Of a DNA stretch of 64,000 nt, positions 52,660 through 60,775 are shown one piece after another (position 1 is the stretch's first letter; each line of letters begins with the position of its first letter). The position numbers and the translations under genes were made by a program. The notes beneath the pieces were generated by a model, which was not told the origin of the DNA, made no database searches, and saw nothing but the letters and a program-made list of their open reading frames with translations. Location of the stretch: the IMG/VR virus record IMGVR_UViG_3300037467_001655. The stretch is one strand, 5' to 3'. The stretch is from a virus.

Positions 52660-52877
52660 CAGTTGCCTGCGGTACTTCTTTGTTACGACTGGTTTCCGGT
52701 TATTAGCTCACCTACAGGTTGGAAAGTCAACCGCCGGTATAGGACTGGCAAACCTACGGTAGGCGATTGATAATCGGGAGTAATGCTTGATAATGACGAA
52801 CGGCGTGGTAAACGCTTCAACATCCCGACAACGACCGGTAGGCAAGCATGTGCTTGGCCGCAAACAGAGGGACGGCA
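52660..52877. promoter_or_regulatory. Divergent immunity control region with CCTAC-N-GTAGG-like sites
   Basis: AT-richer; palindrome CCTACGGTAGG at 52753-52763, related CCTACAGG near 52711 and CCGGTAGG near 52836. Confidence 0.6.
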
Positions 52878-53240
52878 ATGGATCTAGGGGAGCTGATTCG
52901 GATCAGCAAAGGGGACCGATCCTATGAGCAGCTGGCCCGCGCCGGCGGACTCGAATCCGGTACCCCACTTCTCGGGGCCGCGAGATGGCAGCAGTTAGCA
53001 ACGCAGCAACTGAATGCCTTCCCCGCACCGCGCACCATGACCGCGATCGCCACCGCGCTCGGCGTCAGCGAGGAAACCGTATTGCTCGCCACCGGAACAA
53101 GTCTCGGCCTCCAGCTCCGGCGCCGGAACCGACTCCTGGAGCTCATGCCCGACAAGGCCGCGGAACTCCCTGACCAGTGCATAACCTCGGTTCTCACCAC
53201 CATCCGCGTGATGTGCGACCTCCGGGAGGGGCCCCGATGA
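52878..53240 (+). CDS. Immunity repressor (CI-like HTH, no S24 peptidase domain)
   Basis: LGELIR..KGDRSYEQLARA...WQQL...FP.PRTMTAIATALGVSEETVLLA; co-transcribed with int. Confidence 0.75.
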   Translation: MDLGELIRISKGDRSYEQLARAGGLESGTPLLGAARWQQLATQQLNAFPAPRTMTAIATALGVSEETVLLATGTSLGLQLRRRNRLLELMPDKAAELPDQCITSVLTTIRVMCDLREGPR

Positions 53241-54487
53241 GCAACGGCGACGGATGGATCCAGAAGAGGGTGCGTGTATCCCCGCGTACCGGCAAAACCA
53301 CCACCCGATTCATCGCGCGCATCACCCCACCCGGGCAGCCCGAAGACACGAAATCGTTCATAAAACACGGGCGGCCGAACGAACCCGGCACCGCCGCGCA
53401 CTGGCTCGCGCAGCGCCGCGAAGAAATTCGTAGTAACACTTTCGTCAGCAAAAACGATAGGGCGTGGACTTTGGCGGAATGGGCCGAAGAATGGCTCGCC
53501 GGAGTAACAGGCGTCGACAAAGACACCCACGACGCATACGACACCGCCATCCGCCTCGACATCAAAGGCGCCCCCATCGGTGACCGGCTGCTGACCGAAC
53601 TCGACCGCAAGGTCATCGTGGAGTGGATGGGCGACCTCACCACCGCCCGATCGTGGGACGACAACCTGAAACCGCTGGCAGCGAGCACAGCCAACGGCCG
53701 CCGCACCGTGCTCGCCATGATCCTCAACGCCGCCAACGACGAAGGGCTGATGACCCGCAACCCGATGCGGCGGGTCAAGATGCGCGACGCCGATATCGAC
53801 GTCGACCCCATCGACCCCGAAGAACTACCCACCCGTGACCAGGTGTGGAAGCTCTACGAGGTCGCCAACGAAGTGTCGCCGCTGTTCGCCGAGCAGATCA
53901 TCGTGTCCGCCGGAACCGGCCTGCGACCGGGGGAATTGCTGGGGTTGCGCCAGCGCGACATTCGGGGCAACGAAATACACGTCGTGCAACAACGGAAACT
54001 GAAAAACACCAAAGTCATATTCGGTGCGCCGAAATCGCGAATGTCGCGCCGCCGCGTACCGATCGGCGACGAGGTCGCCGCAGCGATCGACCGGCACCTG
54101 ACGAAGTTTCCCGAAGAACGGGACGAGGGTGTGGTGTTCATGTGGAAGAACGGCAAGCACTGGCACCGCAACACGTGGGCAGCCAACTGGAAGCGGATCC
54201 GGGACAAGGCCGGCATGTCCGGGATGCGGTACTACATCCTCCGGCACTACTACGCGTCGGTGCTCATCGACGGCGGCGCGTCCCCGCGGCTCGTGATGGA
54301 GCGGATGGGGCACACCTCCTCCATCTACACCCTGGAGCGGTACGCGCGCCTGTGGCCCGGCGCCGAAGACGGGACCCGCGAACTCATCGACTCCGGGCTG
54401 AGACGGGACAAAAACGGGACAAGCGAGAAGCCGGCGGCCGGAGAGCCGGTCGAACTGGACGGCGAAGAGTGGGAAGAAGAGGACTGA
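53237..54487 (+). CDS. int: Tyrosine integrase
   Basis: ATG 53237; TGLRPGELLGL (R), PKS (K), YILRHYYAS (xxxR-H), ERMGHT, ERY (catalytic Tyr). Confidence 0.93.
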   Translation: MSNGDGWIQKRVRVSPRTGKTTTRFIARITPPGQPEDTKSFIKHGRPNEPGTAAHWLAQRREEIRSNTFVSKNDRAWTLAEWAEEWLAGVTGVDKDTHDAYDTAIRLDIKGAPIGDRLLTELDRKVIVEWMGDLTTARSWDDNLKPLAASTANGRRTVLAMILNAANDEGLMTRNPMRRVKMRDADIDVDPIDPEELPTRDQVWKLYEVANEVSPLFAEQIIVSAGTGLRPGELLGLRQRDIRGNEIHVVQQRKLKNTKVIFGAPKSRMSRRRVPIGDEVAAAIDRHLTKFPEERDEGVVFMWKNGKHWHRNTWAANWKRIRDKAGMSGMRYYILRHYYASVLIDGGASPRLVMERMGHTSSIYTLERYARLWPGAEDGTRELIDSGLRRDKNGTSEKPAAGEPVELDGEEWEEED

Positions 54488-54654
54488 TGGACGCGAATCG
54501 CATCGACTGGAATCTATTGCGCAGCAACGCATCTGACGTGATGAAACGTGCCTACGCGCCCTACTCGAGGTACCCGGTCGGGGCGGCTGGATGGACTGAT
54601 CGCGGGGTGGTCGTGGGTTGCAATGTGGAAAATGTCTCAATCCCAACACTCTAA
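54487..54654 (+). pseudogene. cdd: 5' half of cytidine deaminase (attP-borne replacement fragment)
   Basis: IDWNLLR...AYAPYSRYPVGAA...VVGCNVENVS matches the actinobacterial Cdd N-terminus, then diverges before the catalytic CAE motif. Confidence 0.88.
54619..54639 (+). other. Putative attP common core (within codons for CNVENVS)
   Basis: Point where cdd similarity ends; directly downstream of int; boundaries approximate. Confidence 0.65.
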
Positions 54655-54680
54655 GCTACCTGTCGGTAACCATCGGTGTC

Positions 54681-54720
54681 CTCGGATTCGATCGGATTGC
54701 AACCGATTTCATCGGATTAT
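54681..54720 (+). repeat. Four helically phased 10-bp repeats ([A/C]TCGGATT..)
   Basis: ctcggattcg/atcggattgc/aaccgatttc/atcggattat. Confidence 0.75.
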
Positions 54721-54836
54721 TTCCGGTGGTCCGGCCCTCGATCGGCCATCCGAGCGACAGTAGCGACAGCAGCGGCGAAGGACGACGGGGCGGACGGGAC
54801 GACGGCGGGACACACGGGACGCGTCCCGCCGCCAAC

Positions 54837-54944
54837 TCACACGCCGAGCACAGCGCCGATACCGGCGTAGATCATCGCGCCGACGACATGAGCGATGGTG
54901 CCCCACGGCATCGCCGCCGCCGCGGCAGACAGACTGGACAGCAT
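54837..54944 (-). CDS. 35-aa hydrophobic peptide downstream of the lysin
   Basis: Strong AGGAGG RBS; MLSSLSAAAAAMPWGTIAHVVGAMIYAGIGAVLGV. Confidence 0.65.
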   Translation of the reverse strand: MLSSLSAAAAAMPWGTIAHVVGAMIYAGIGAVLGV

Positions 54945-54973
54945 GATCGATTCCTCCTGCGAATCGAGACGGA

Positions 54974-55048
54974 TCACCCGATACCGGACGGCACCAGATG
55001 CAGCAACCGCTGGATGAGCAGATAGGCCAGCCAGGGGTTGACGATCAC
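54974..55048 (-). CDS. 24-aa hydrophobic micropeptide coupled to the lysin stop
   Basis: GTGA overlap; MIVNPWLAYLLIQRLLHLVPSGIG. Confidence 0.5.
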   Translation of the reverse strand: MIVNPWLAYLLIQRLLHLVPSGIG

Positions 55049-55896
55049 TTCGACCTCGACATGTCTTCGAACCCCGGGATGTCGAGTTTCGCGCCGATCG
55101 TCGCGACGGCATCGACCAGACTGAGACCGCCCAGCTGCGGCCACCCGGTCGGCGCGAGACCCTCCCGCTGATCCTTCGACTTCGGGCCGGCCGCCTGGTC
55201 CACGAGGTCGGCGGCGTGCTTGTCGGTCCACGTCAGCAGCTCGCCCACCGTCGCGTCCGTGCTGCCGTCCGGCTGGGTGGGGCGTGCCGCCAGAAACGCG
55301 TCCACGATTTCCTTGGCGCTGGGCATATCGTCCTCCTGGGATTCGGGGGCGGCCGGTCCGCCGCCGAGTGCAATGGCCTTGCCGATCACCACGTCGTAGG
55401 GGAAACCGGCGCCGGGGTCGTGGTGGTCGGTGGCGTGCCAGGCATCCACGGTGTCCGCGTGCCCGCCCACGCCGCGCTGACCCGCCCGCATCTGCGCGCC
55501 CGACAGCTTCACCAGCGGGATGCCGTAACGGTCGTGCCAATCGCGCAGCACCCGCGCCGCGGCGTCGAGCTGCTTCGGCCGGGCCAGCCAATCGGCGCGG
55601 GTATCGGCCGCATATCCCAGGCAGCACAGGTGCAGGCCGCGTTCGTTCGCGGGACTACCTGCCGCCCAAGGGATGTAGTTGTCGTCGTTGCTGCGGCCGA
55701 CCGTCCCGTCGCCGCCGACGACGATCGTGTAACTGGCCTGCACCGCAGGGTTAGCCAGGTACTGGAGCAGGCCGGCGACCGAGCCGGTGGCGGGGCCCTC
55801 GTTGGTGTGGATCACCATCAGCTGGCAGGTGCCCGGATTGCGCGGACCGCTGTCGTTCGGCGACAGGATCGTCACATCGGCTTTGAGCTGGCTCAT
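55045..55896 (-). CDS. Endolysin, N-acetylmuramoyl-L-alanine amidase (Amidase_2)
   Basis: VIHTNEG, ASYT, PWAAG..ANERGLHLC, VGGH, HHDPGAGFP; C-terminal GWPQLGG.SLVDAVA actinophage lysin tail. Confidence 0.9.
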   Translation of the reverse strand: MSQLKADVTILSPNDSGPRNPGTCQLMVIHTNEGPATGSVAGLLQYLANPAVQASYTIVVGGDGTVGRSNDDNYIPWAAGSPANERGLHLCCLGYAADTRADWLARPKQLDAAARVLRDWHDRYGIPLVKLSGAQMRAGQRGVGGHADTVDAWHATDHHDPGAGFPYDVVIGKAIALGGGPAAPESQEDDMPSAKEIVDAFLAARPTQPDGSTDATVGELLTWTDKHAADLVDQAAGPKSKDQREGLAPTGWPQLGGLSLVDAVATIGAKLDIPGFEDMSRSK

Positions 55897-55924
55897 GGCG
55901 GGCACCGTAGGCCGCAGGGGTGCA
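55897..55924 (-). promoter_or_regulatory. Putative leaderless late promoter TGCACCCC-N7-TACGGT-N7-ATG
   Basis: Consensus match at the lysin start. Confidence 0.7.
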
Positions 55925-56068
55925 GCCGAGCCGTTTGTGATCTTCACAATACCCGCGCGTGTGGGTCACGGTTTCCGCACATCAACGGTGTATAGATACC
56001 GAAACCGGCGCGGCACAATACCAGCTTATACGTGTATGATTCGGGGGCTATTGGAAGGCAGGTGAGAA

Positions 56069-56281
56069 ATGGCGATCAAATATCTGAGCCGCGCCGGGGT
56101 CGCCGAACGTATCGGCGTCAAATACGACACGCTTAACCGGTACAAGCTGCCGCCCGCCGACGCCGAGATTGGCGACCGCAAAGGGTGGCTGCCTCAAACC
56201 ATCGATGAGTGGAACGAACGCCGCCCCGGCCGCGGGCAGGTGAAGAACAAACGGTGGAACCTGCCCCCGGACCTCCAGTGA
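56069..56281 (+). CDS. Small AlpA-like HTH DNA-binding protein
   Basis: YLSRAGVAERIGVKYDTLNRYKLP.ADA.IG...GWLPQTIDEWN. Confidence 0.8.
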   Translation: MAIKYLSRAGVAERIGVKYDTLNRYKLPPADAEIGDRKGWLPQTIDEWNERRPGRGQVKNKRWNLPPDLQ

Positions 56282-56292
56282 CGGCGGCGGGG

Positions 56293-56600
56293 TCAGGCGC
56301 CCATCGCTGCGAAAGCGTCGAACCCCGCCAATTCGTCGGCCGCGTCGAACCCGGCCGGGACCGCTTTCAGCTCCCCGGACTCCAAGTCGATGGTTTCCTC
56401 GCGGTACATCTCCCGATGCCACTGCTCGAGTTCCTTCGCGTCCATCGACTCGGTCCACAGGACCTCCACGAAGTCCAGCACCGCATGCATATCCGGCAAC
56501 TGCCGCAACGGATCCGGGATACCAGACTTGATGAACTGCCCTCGTATGGTGCGCCAATTACGCGCCGCGAACAGCGCTAGGGTCGCGACGGCTCGATAGG
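56293..56600 (-). CDS. Tail assembly chaperone downstream ORF (putative -1 frameshift product); upstream boundary approximate
   Basis: The -1 frame overlapping the TAC end reads ...VATLALFAARNWRTIRGQFIKSGIPDP...; no clear own RBS. Confidence 0.6.
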
Positions 56601-57182
56601 GCGGGCAGTGTCCAAGGTGGCGATCTTCTCGATGAGCCGGCCGAAGTCCTCCATGGTGAACGACTCCTCGGGATCCATCATCCGTGCCAGCAGACGACCG
56701 TACGACAGCGGCGAAATGTGGTTCTTCACAAACAGGTTCGCCATATCCATCTGGATCTGCGGCGGCGCGTACTTGCTGATCGCCATCGAAAACGCCTGCA
56801 ACGCCTGCGGGGCAGGCTTGCGTACCTGGATGATCTCGCCGTCCAGTTCGACGGTCTGGTGCTTCCACTTCGGGATCGGGGCACCGAAGCTGTCCCGGAT
56901 CACCTCGCCGGTCTCGACGTCGACCTCGAACTCCCCACCCTCGGAATCCACCACCGCCGGCGTGTACGGCCGCGACGCAGCAGGCTCCTGGGTGACCGGT
57001 TCGCCGGTCGGCTCCAGCACGGTCGGCTGCTGCTGATCCTCACGGATGCGCCGCTGCCGGACCAGAGCCTTTTCCTCCTCGAGTGCTGCGCGCTCCTGGG
57101 CGAGCTGCGCGCGCTCGGTTTCGATGTCACTGACCTGTCCCGTGAGATCCTCGATGCCATGCGGCGGTTCGATAGTCGCCAT
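56577..57182 (-). CDS. Tail assembly chaperone
   Basis: GGAGG RBS; IQVRKPAPQAL...LLARMMDP; ends TARPIEPSRP, overlapping a second frame. Confidence 0.65.
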   Translation of the reverse strand: MATIEPPHGIEDLTGQVSDIETERAQLAQERAALEEEKALVRQRRIREDQQQPTVLEPTGEPVTQEPAASRPYTPAVVDSEGGEFEVDVETGEVIRDSFGAPIPKWKHQTVELDGEIIQVRKPAPQALQAFSMAISKYAPPQIQMDMANLFVKNHISPLSYGRLLARMMDPEESFTMEDFGRLIEKIATLDTARPIEPSRP

Positions 57183-57226
57183 GGTGTCCTCCATCCATTA
57201 CTGCTGCCCTGGCGGTTCGAGAGCGC

Positions 57227-57247
57227 ACCGTAGGAGGCAGGGGTGCA
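57227..57247 (-). promoter_or_regulatory. Putative late promoter TGCACCCC-N7-TACGGT
   Basis: Consensus match upstream of the TAC. Confidence 0.7.
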
Positions 57248-57282
57248 GGAGAAAGAGCAACTGTCCGGAAATACCGGATAGT

Positions 57283-57897
57283 TCAGGGGATCACCGGCAC
57301 GCTGAACAAGTCGAGCCTGACCGGCCCCACCTTGCCCAGTCGGGACGCCACAGGGTCACCCCACGCGGTGGTGTACCAGTCGATACCCCACGCCGACGTG
57401 TACCACGACACCTCCGCTTTCGCCTTCATCGTCTGCCCGGGAGCGAGTGTCGCGATATCGCCGATCGGAACGCTGTTGGTGGGTTGCCGATCCTCCAGCA
57501 GGAAGTAGATAGCCGCGGTGCCGCCACCTGATCCGGTGGAGCCGGTGCCGAGGTCGCCGTAACCGCGCATCAGGGACTCATCGGTCAGGGTCGGATCGGC
57601 GGGGGAGGCGCCGGAGGACACGCCCCATCGGGTTCGGATCGTCAGATCCTTCAGGCCGTCGATCGAATACCGTTGCGGGCCTTGCGTCATCAGCGCATAC
57701 ACCTGCTGAGTAATGCCGGTGTCGTTCGTCCACGCCACCGGCACGGTGAAAAGCACCGTGCCGGGGGAGGGGTTGTTGGCGGGGATGAAGGTCGCGCCGC
57801 CGCCCTGCGCGGTCGCACGCTGCGCCCACTGCCACTGCCGTAGCGGGTCCAGCACACCATCGGTCGTGTCGAAGAAGTTGCTATCAGCGCAGGTCAT
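57283..57897 (-). CDS. Minor tail protein (204 aa)
   Basis: Third of three related genes; WTNDTG...QQVY. Confidence 0.8.
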   Translation of the reverse strand: MTCADSNFFDTTDGVLDPLRQWQWAQRATAQGGGATFIPANNPSPGTVLFTVPVAWTNDTGITQQVYALMTQGPQRYSIDGLKDLTIRTRWGVSSGASPADPTLTDESLMRGYGDLGTGSTGSGGGTAAIYFLLEDRQPTNSVPIGDIATLAPGQTMKAKAEVSWYTSAWGIDWYTTAWGDPVASRLGKVGPVRLDLFSVPVIP

Positions 57898-57900
57898 GAT

Positions 57901-58479
57901 TCACTCCGGAGCTGCCCACAGCAGCAGCCGCACCCAGTAGGCGCGCACCACCTGCAAAACCTGATTCGGGTCGCGCCACTGCCCGGGCGTCGTATAGAGG
58001 GCGCGGTATCGGATGTGCGCGGTCTGCCCGGCCGGCACCACGCCGAGGGCTTGGAACCGCACATTGTCATCCCAGGAGCGAAACATTCTGCCGTAGTTGA
58101 TCTGATTCAACGCGAACGGTGTGATGCTGGCCCGGCACCCGATCCCGTCCTCCGTCGCGTACGGCTCGGCTGCGTTGGGGGAGACGGCGATATCGGCGCT
58201 CACCGCGTCATCGAGGGCGTACGTGTTCGGGTTGGTCGCGACGATCGTTCTCGGTGCGCGATGGGTTGACAGCCAGCACTGCTGGTCGCTCCCGGTGGCG
58301 TTGGTCCACGACATTTCCGCGTCGATGAAAATCACAGGGTCCGGCGCCCGCTGAACATTCCCATCCTTGGTGCTGGTCGTGAATCTCTCGGCCACGATGC
58401 GCGGCATCCACGCCTCCGCGAACCCCGTCCCACGCGGCCCGGAGATCATCATCTCCGACGAGCAGATCGCGATACTCAT
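57901..58479 (-). CDS. Minor tail protein (192 aa)
   Basis: MSIAICSSE...WTNATG; coupled. Confidence 0.8.
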   Translation of the reverse strand: MSIAICSSEMMISGPRGTGFAEAWMPRIVAERFTTSTKDGNVQRAPDPVIFIDAEMSWTNATGSDQQCWLSTHRAPRTIVATNPNTYALDDAVSADIAVSPNAAEPYATEDGIGCRASITPFALNQINYGRMFRSWDDNVRFQALGVVPAGQTAHIRYRALYTTPGQWRDPNQVLQVVRAYWVRLLLWAAPE

Positions 58480-59090
58480 CGGACCGCCTCATCCAAGGTA
58501 GGGAACGCCCACAACCGCAACGTGACTCCGCGCGCCCATGCCTCATGCAGCGGCGAATTCGCGGAAGCGTTGTTCGACCACGGCGGGGGCGTCCAGCAGT
58601 ACGCGCGGTATTTGATCTGAATCGAAGACCCGGCCGGCAGGTCGTACCACTCCTCCGACGCGCTGGCGGGGTAGTGCTGGTGGATGCGCGCATAGAACGG
58701 CTGACTGGCCTGGTCGGTGCCCATATCCCACGACAGCGTGGTCAAGCTGTTGACCAGGTTGTAGGAATCGGGAGTGACCGCGGACCGGTCGATACCGACG
58801 TTCCACGAGTCCCAGATTTGCACGGCGTTGGGATTCGAGGCGATGAGGGTGCGGTATTTGCGGATCACCTGCAGGCGCATCACCGACGCCAGCGGCGAAT
58901 CCGATGTCCACGACACCGACGTGTCGATCATCAGCCGGCCGGGCTGGGAGGTGAGGCCCGCGCTGCTGATCGTGCCGTCACCAGTGGAGGTCGCGGTCTG
59001 CTGCGCGACCAGGCGCGGCGCCGACCATTTCGCGATCCCCAGCACACCATCGGTGATCGAGAGGTTGCGGCTGGCGCAGACTTTCGGCAT
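58476..59090 (-). CDS. Minor tail protein (204 aa)
   Basis: MPKVCAS.NL...WTSDSP...PPPWSNNA...HEA.AR. Confidence 0.8.
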   Translation of the reverse strand: MPKVCASRNLSITDGVLGIAKWSAPRLVAQQTATSTGDGTISSAGLTSQPGRLMIDTSVSWTSDSPLASVMRLQVIRKYRTLIASNPNAVQIWDSWNVGIDRSAVTPDSYNLVNSLTTLSWDMGTDQASQPFYARIHQHYPASASEEWYDLPAGSSIQIKYRAYCWTPPPWSNNASANSPLHEAWARGVTLRLWAFPTLDEAVR

Positions 59091-59093
59091 GAG

Positions 59094-59765
59094 CTAGCTC
59101 CTCTGCACCAGCGACATCGAGAACACGGTGGGCACGGGGGATGCGGTGACGGTGGTGGAGCCGATGCCCTGCCCCGAGTAGGCGGCGGCCCACAGTTGGA
59201 TCTTCTGGCCCGCGTTCACCCTCAATAGCCCGTTGACCTGCGAGGTGAGCCAAATGTTGTTCTGTCCGGAGTTGTCGGAGATCCGGCCGTACAGCATCGG
59301 CTGGTCGTCTACCAGGACGATCACCATCCAGTAGCCTGACCCGTCGCGGAAGTGCACCGACCCCGACACCTGATAAATCCCGCTGACGGGCGCGTTGATC
59401 GCGTCGAATGTCGTTTTGCCGCCCGTCCAGTCCCCGCCACTCTGGAATCGTGCGCCGTCGAAGATCACCGCGGCCCCGCCCGAGGGCAAGGTTTGCGTGG
59501 CGTTGCGGACGACCGAAACCGCCGGGACGGCGTCGTCCTGGATAGCGTCCGGGTCGTTTTCTCCACCCTCCGGTTGGCGGGCCAGCACGACGGAGCCGCC
59601 GTTGACGTTCGACACGATGAGGCTGCCGTCGGCGCTGGTGGAGAACACCCATGCCCCGACGCGCATAGATGTAGGGTTCTCCACCGAATCCAGTCGGCGG
59701 GAGGTGTCGCGCGCCCACTCCTGGTCGTTCTTCGGCGGGCGGACCGGTTCTGCTGTGCCGCTCAT
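59094..59765 (-). CDS. Minor tail protein (223 aa)
   Basis: PPKNDQEWARDTSRRL..VE.PTSMRVGAWVFS; C1q-like beta C-terminus. Confidence 0.8.
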   Translation of the reverse strand: MSGTAEPVRPPKNDQEWARDTSRRLDSVENPTSMRVGAWVFSTSADGSLIVSNVNGGSVVLARQPEGGENDPDAIQDDAVPAVSVVRNATQTLPSGGAAVIFDGARFQSGGDWTGGKTTFDAINAPVSGIYQVSGSVHFRDGSGYWMVIVLVDDQPMLYGRISDNSGQNNIWLTSQVNGLLRVNAGQKIQLWAAAYSGQGIGSTTVTASPVPTVFSMSLVQRS

Positions 59766-60775
59766 TGCACCGTCGCTCCCGCCTGCTCGAGGGCTGTCGG
59801 ATTGTCCGGCGTGGACAACGACACAGCCACCTGCGTGCCAGACGATGAGCCCGACACCTGCACCTGATCCAGGCGCAGGATCGTACGGAGATCCAGTGCA
59901 GACACCGTGACGTTGATGCCGGGCACCAGCATGTCCAGCTCCACCGGCGCATCGGGGGTGAGAGTGGCCGACTGCGGCACCACCAGTTCGTCGCGGATGA
60001 CCGCCGACCGGCCCACATACTCCGCCGCCGCCCTCTGGATGTTGCTGACCCCGAACAGATCATCAAGGGACACGATCGATTGCAGGTGCAGCCCGGCCAG
60101 CTCCCGCCGCTCCGTCACCGCCGAGTTCTTCCCCATGATCCGGACGTCATTGGCGGTTTTCGCGCCCGACCGTTTGATACTCATGCCGACCGTGAAATCG
60201 CAGTCCGACAACTCGGCCGCGATCGCGGTGGGTTGGGTGCCCAGGATCGGCCGGCCCCGCACCACCGTCCACCGCAACCCGAGCTTCGTCAGGTCGGCCA
60301 TGTCCTGCTGCACGTACCGCAGGTCCGCGGTCACCGACACGTCGTAGCGGGACGCCGTCGCCAGGGCGGGCAACACCTTCGGCTCTGCGTCGATGCCGTG
60401 GAAGGTGAGCATGTCCCGCCACATGTCGGCCGCGATGCTCGCGACATTCAGCTGGGACCACTTCCGCGTGATCTGAGTGCGGGTGTGCCACATCAGCGCC
60501 GACAGGTCGCGGGCGTCGATCTGCATGCTGGTGCGGTCCCGGGTCGCGTCCTGGACAGGGCCGAACCATTGCAGCGCCCCGCCGTGCCACGCCGATATCC
60601 AGTGCACCCACGGCGTGATCCGCGTCGACAGTTCCTGCAGCGGTGCCTGCACCTGACACCGGCTGACCTCGCACAGCTCGCGGGACCACGTGTAGCTGGT
60701 CGGGCATTCCAACGCGCCCAGAGTGGAGCCGTCCACGATCGAATGGATTGCGAAGGCGGCGTTTTCGAGCTTCAC
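59762..60775 (-). CDS. Minor tail protein (baseplate hub-like, 337 aa)
   Basis: GTGA coupling; WSRELCEVS, PWVHWI..W, IQRAAAEY. Confidence 0.8.
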   Translation of the reverse strand: MKLENAAFAIHSIVDGSTLGALECPTSYTWSRELCEVSRCQVQAPLQELSTRITPWVHWISAWHGGALQWFGPVQDATRDRTSMQIDARDLSALMWHTRTQITRKWSQLNVASIAADMWRDMLTFHGIDAEPKVLPALATASRYDVSVTADLRYVQQDMADLTKLGLRWTVVRGRPILGTQPTAIAAELSDCDFTVGMSIKRSGAKTANDVRIMGKNSAVTERRELAGLHLQSIVSLDDLFGVSNIQRAAAEYVGRSAVIRDELVVPQSATLTPDAPVELDMLVPGINVTVSALDLRTILRLDQVQVSGSSSGTQVAVSLSTPDNPTALEQAGATVQ

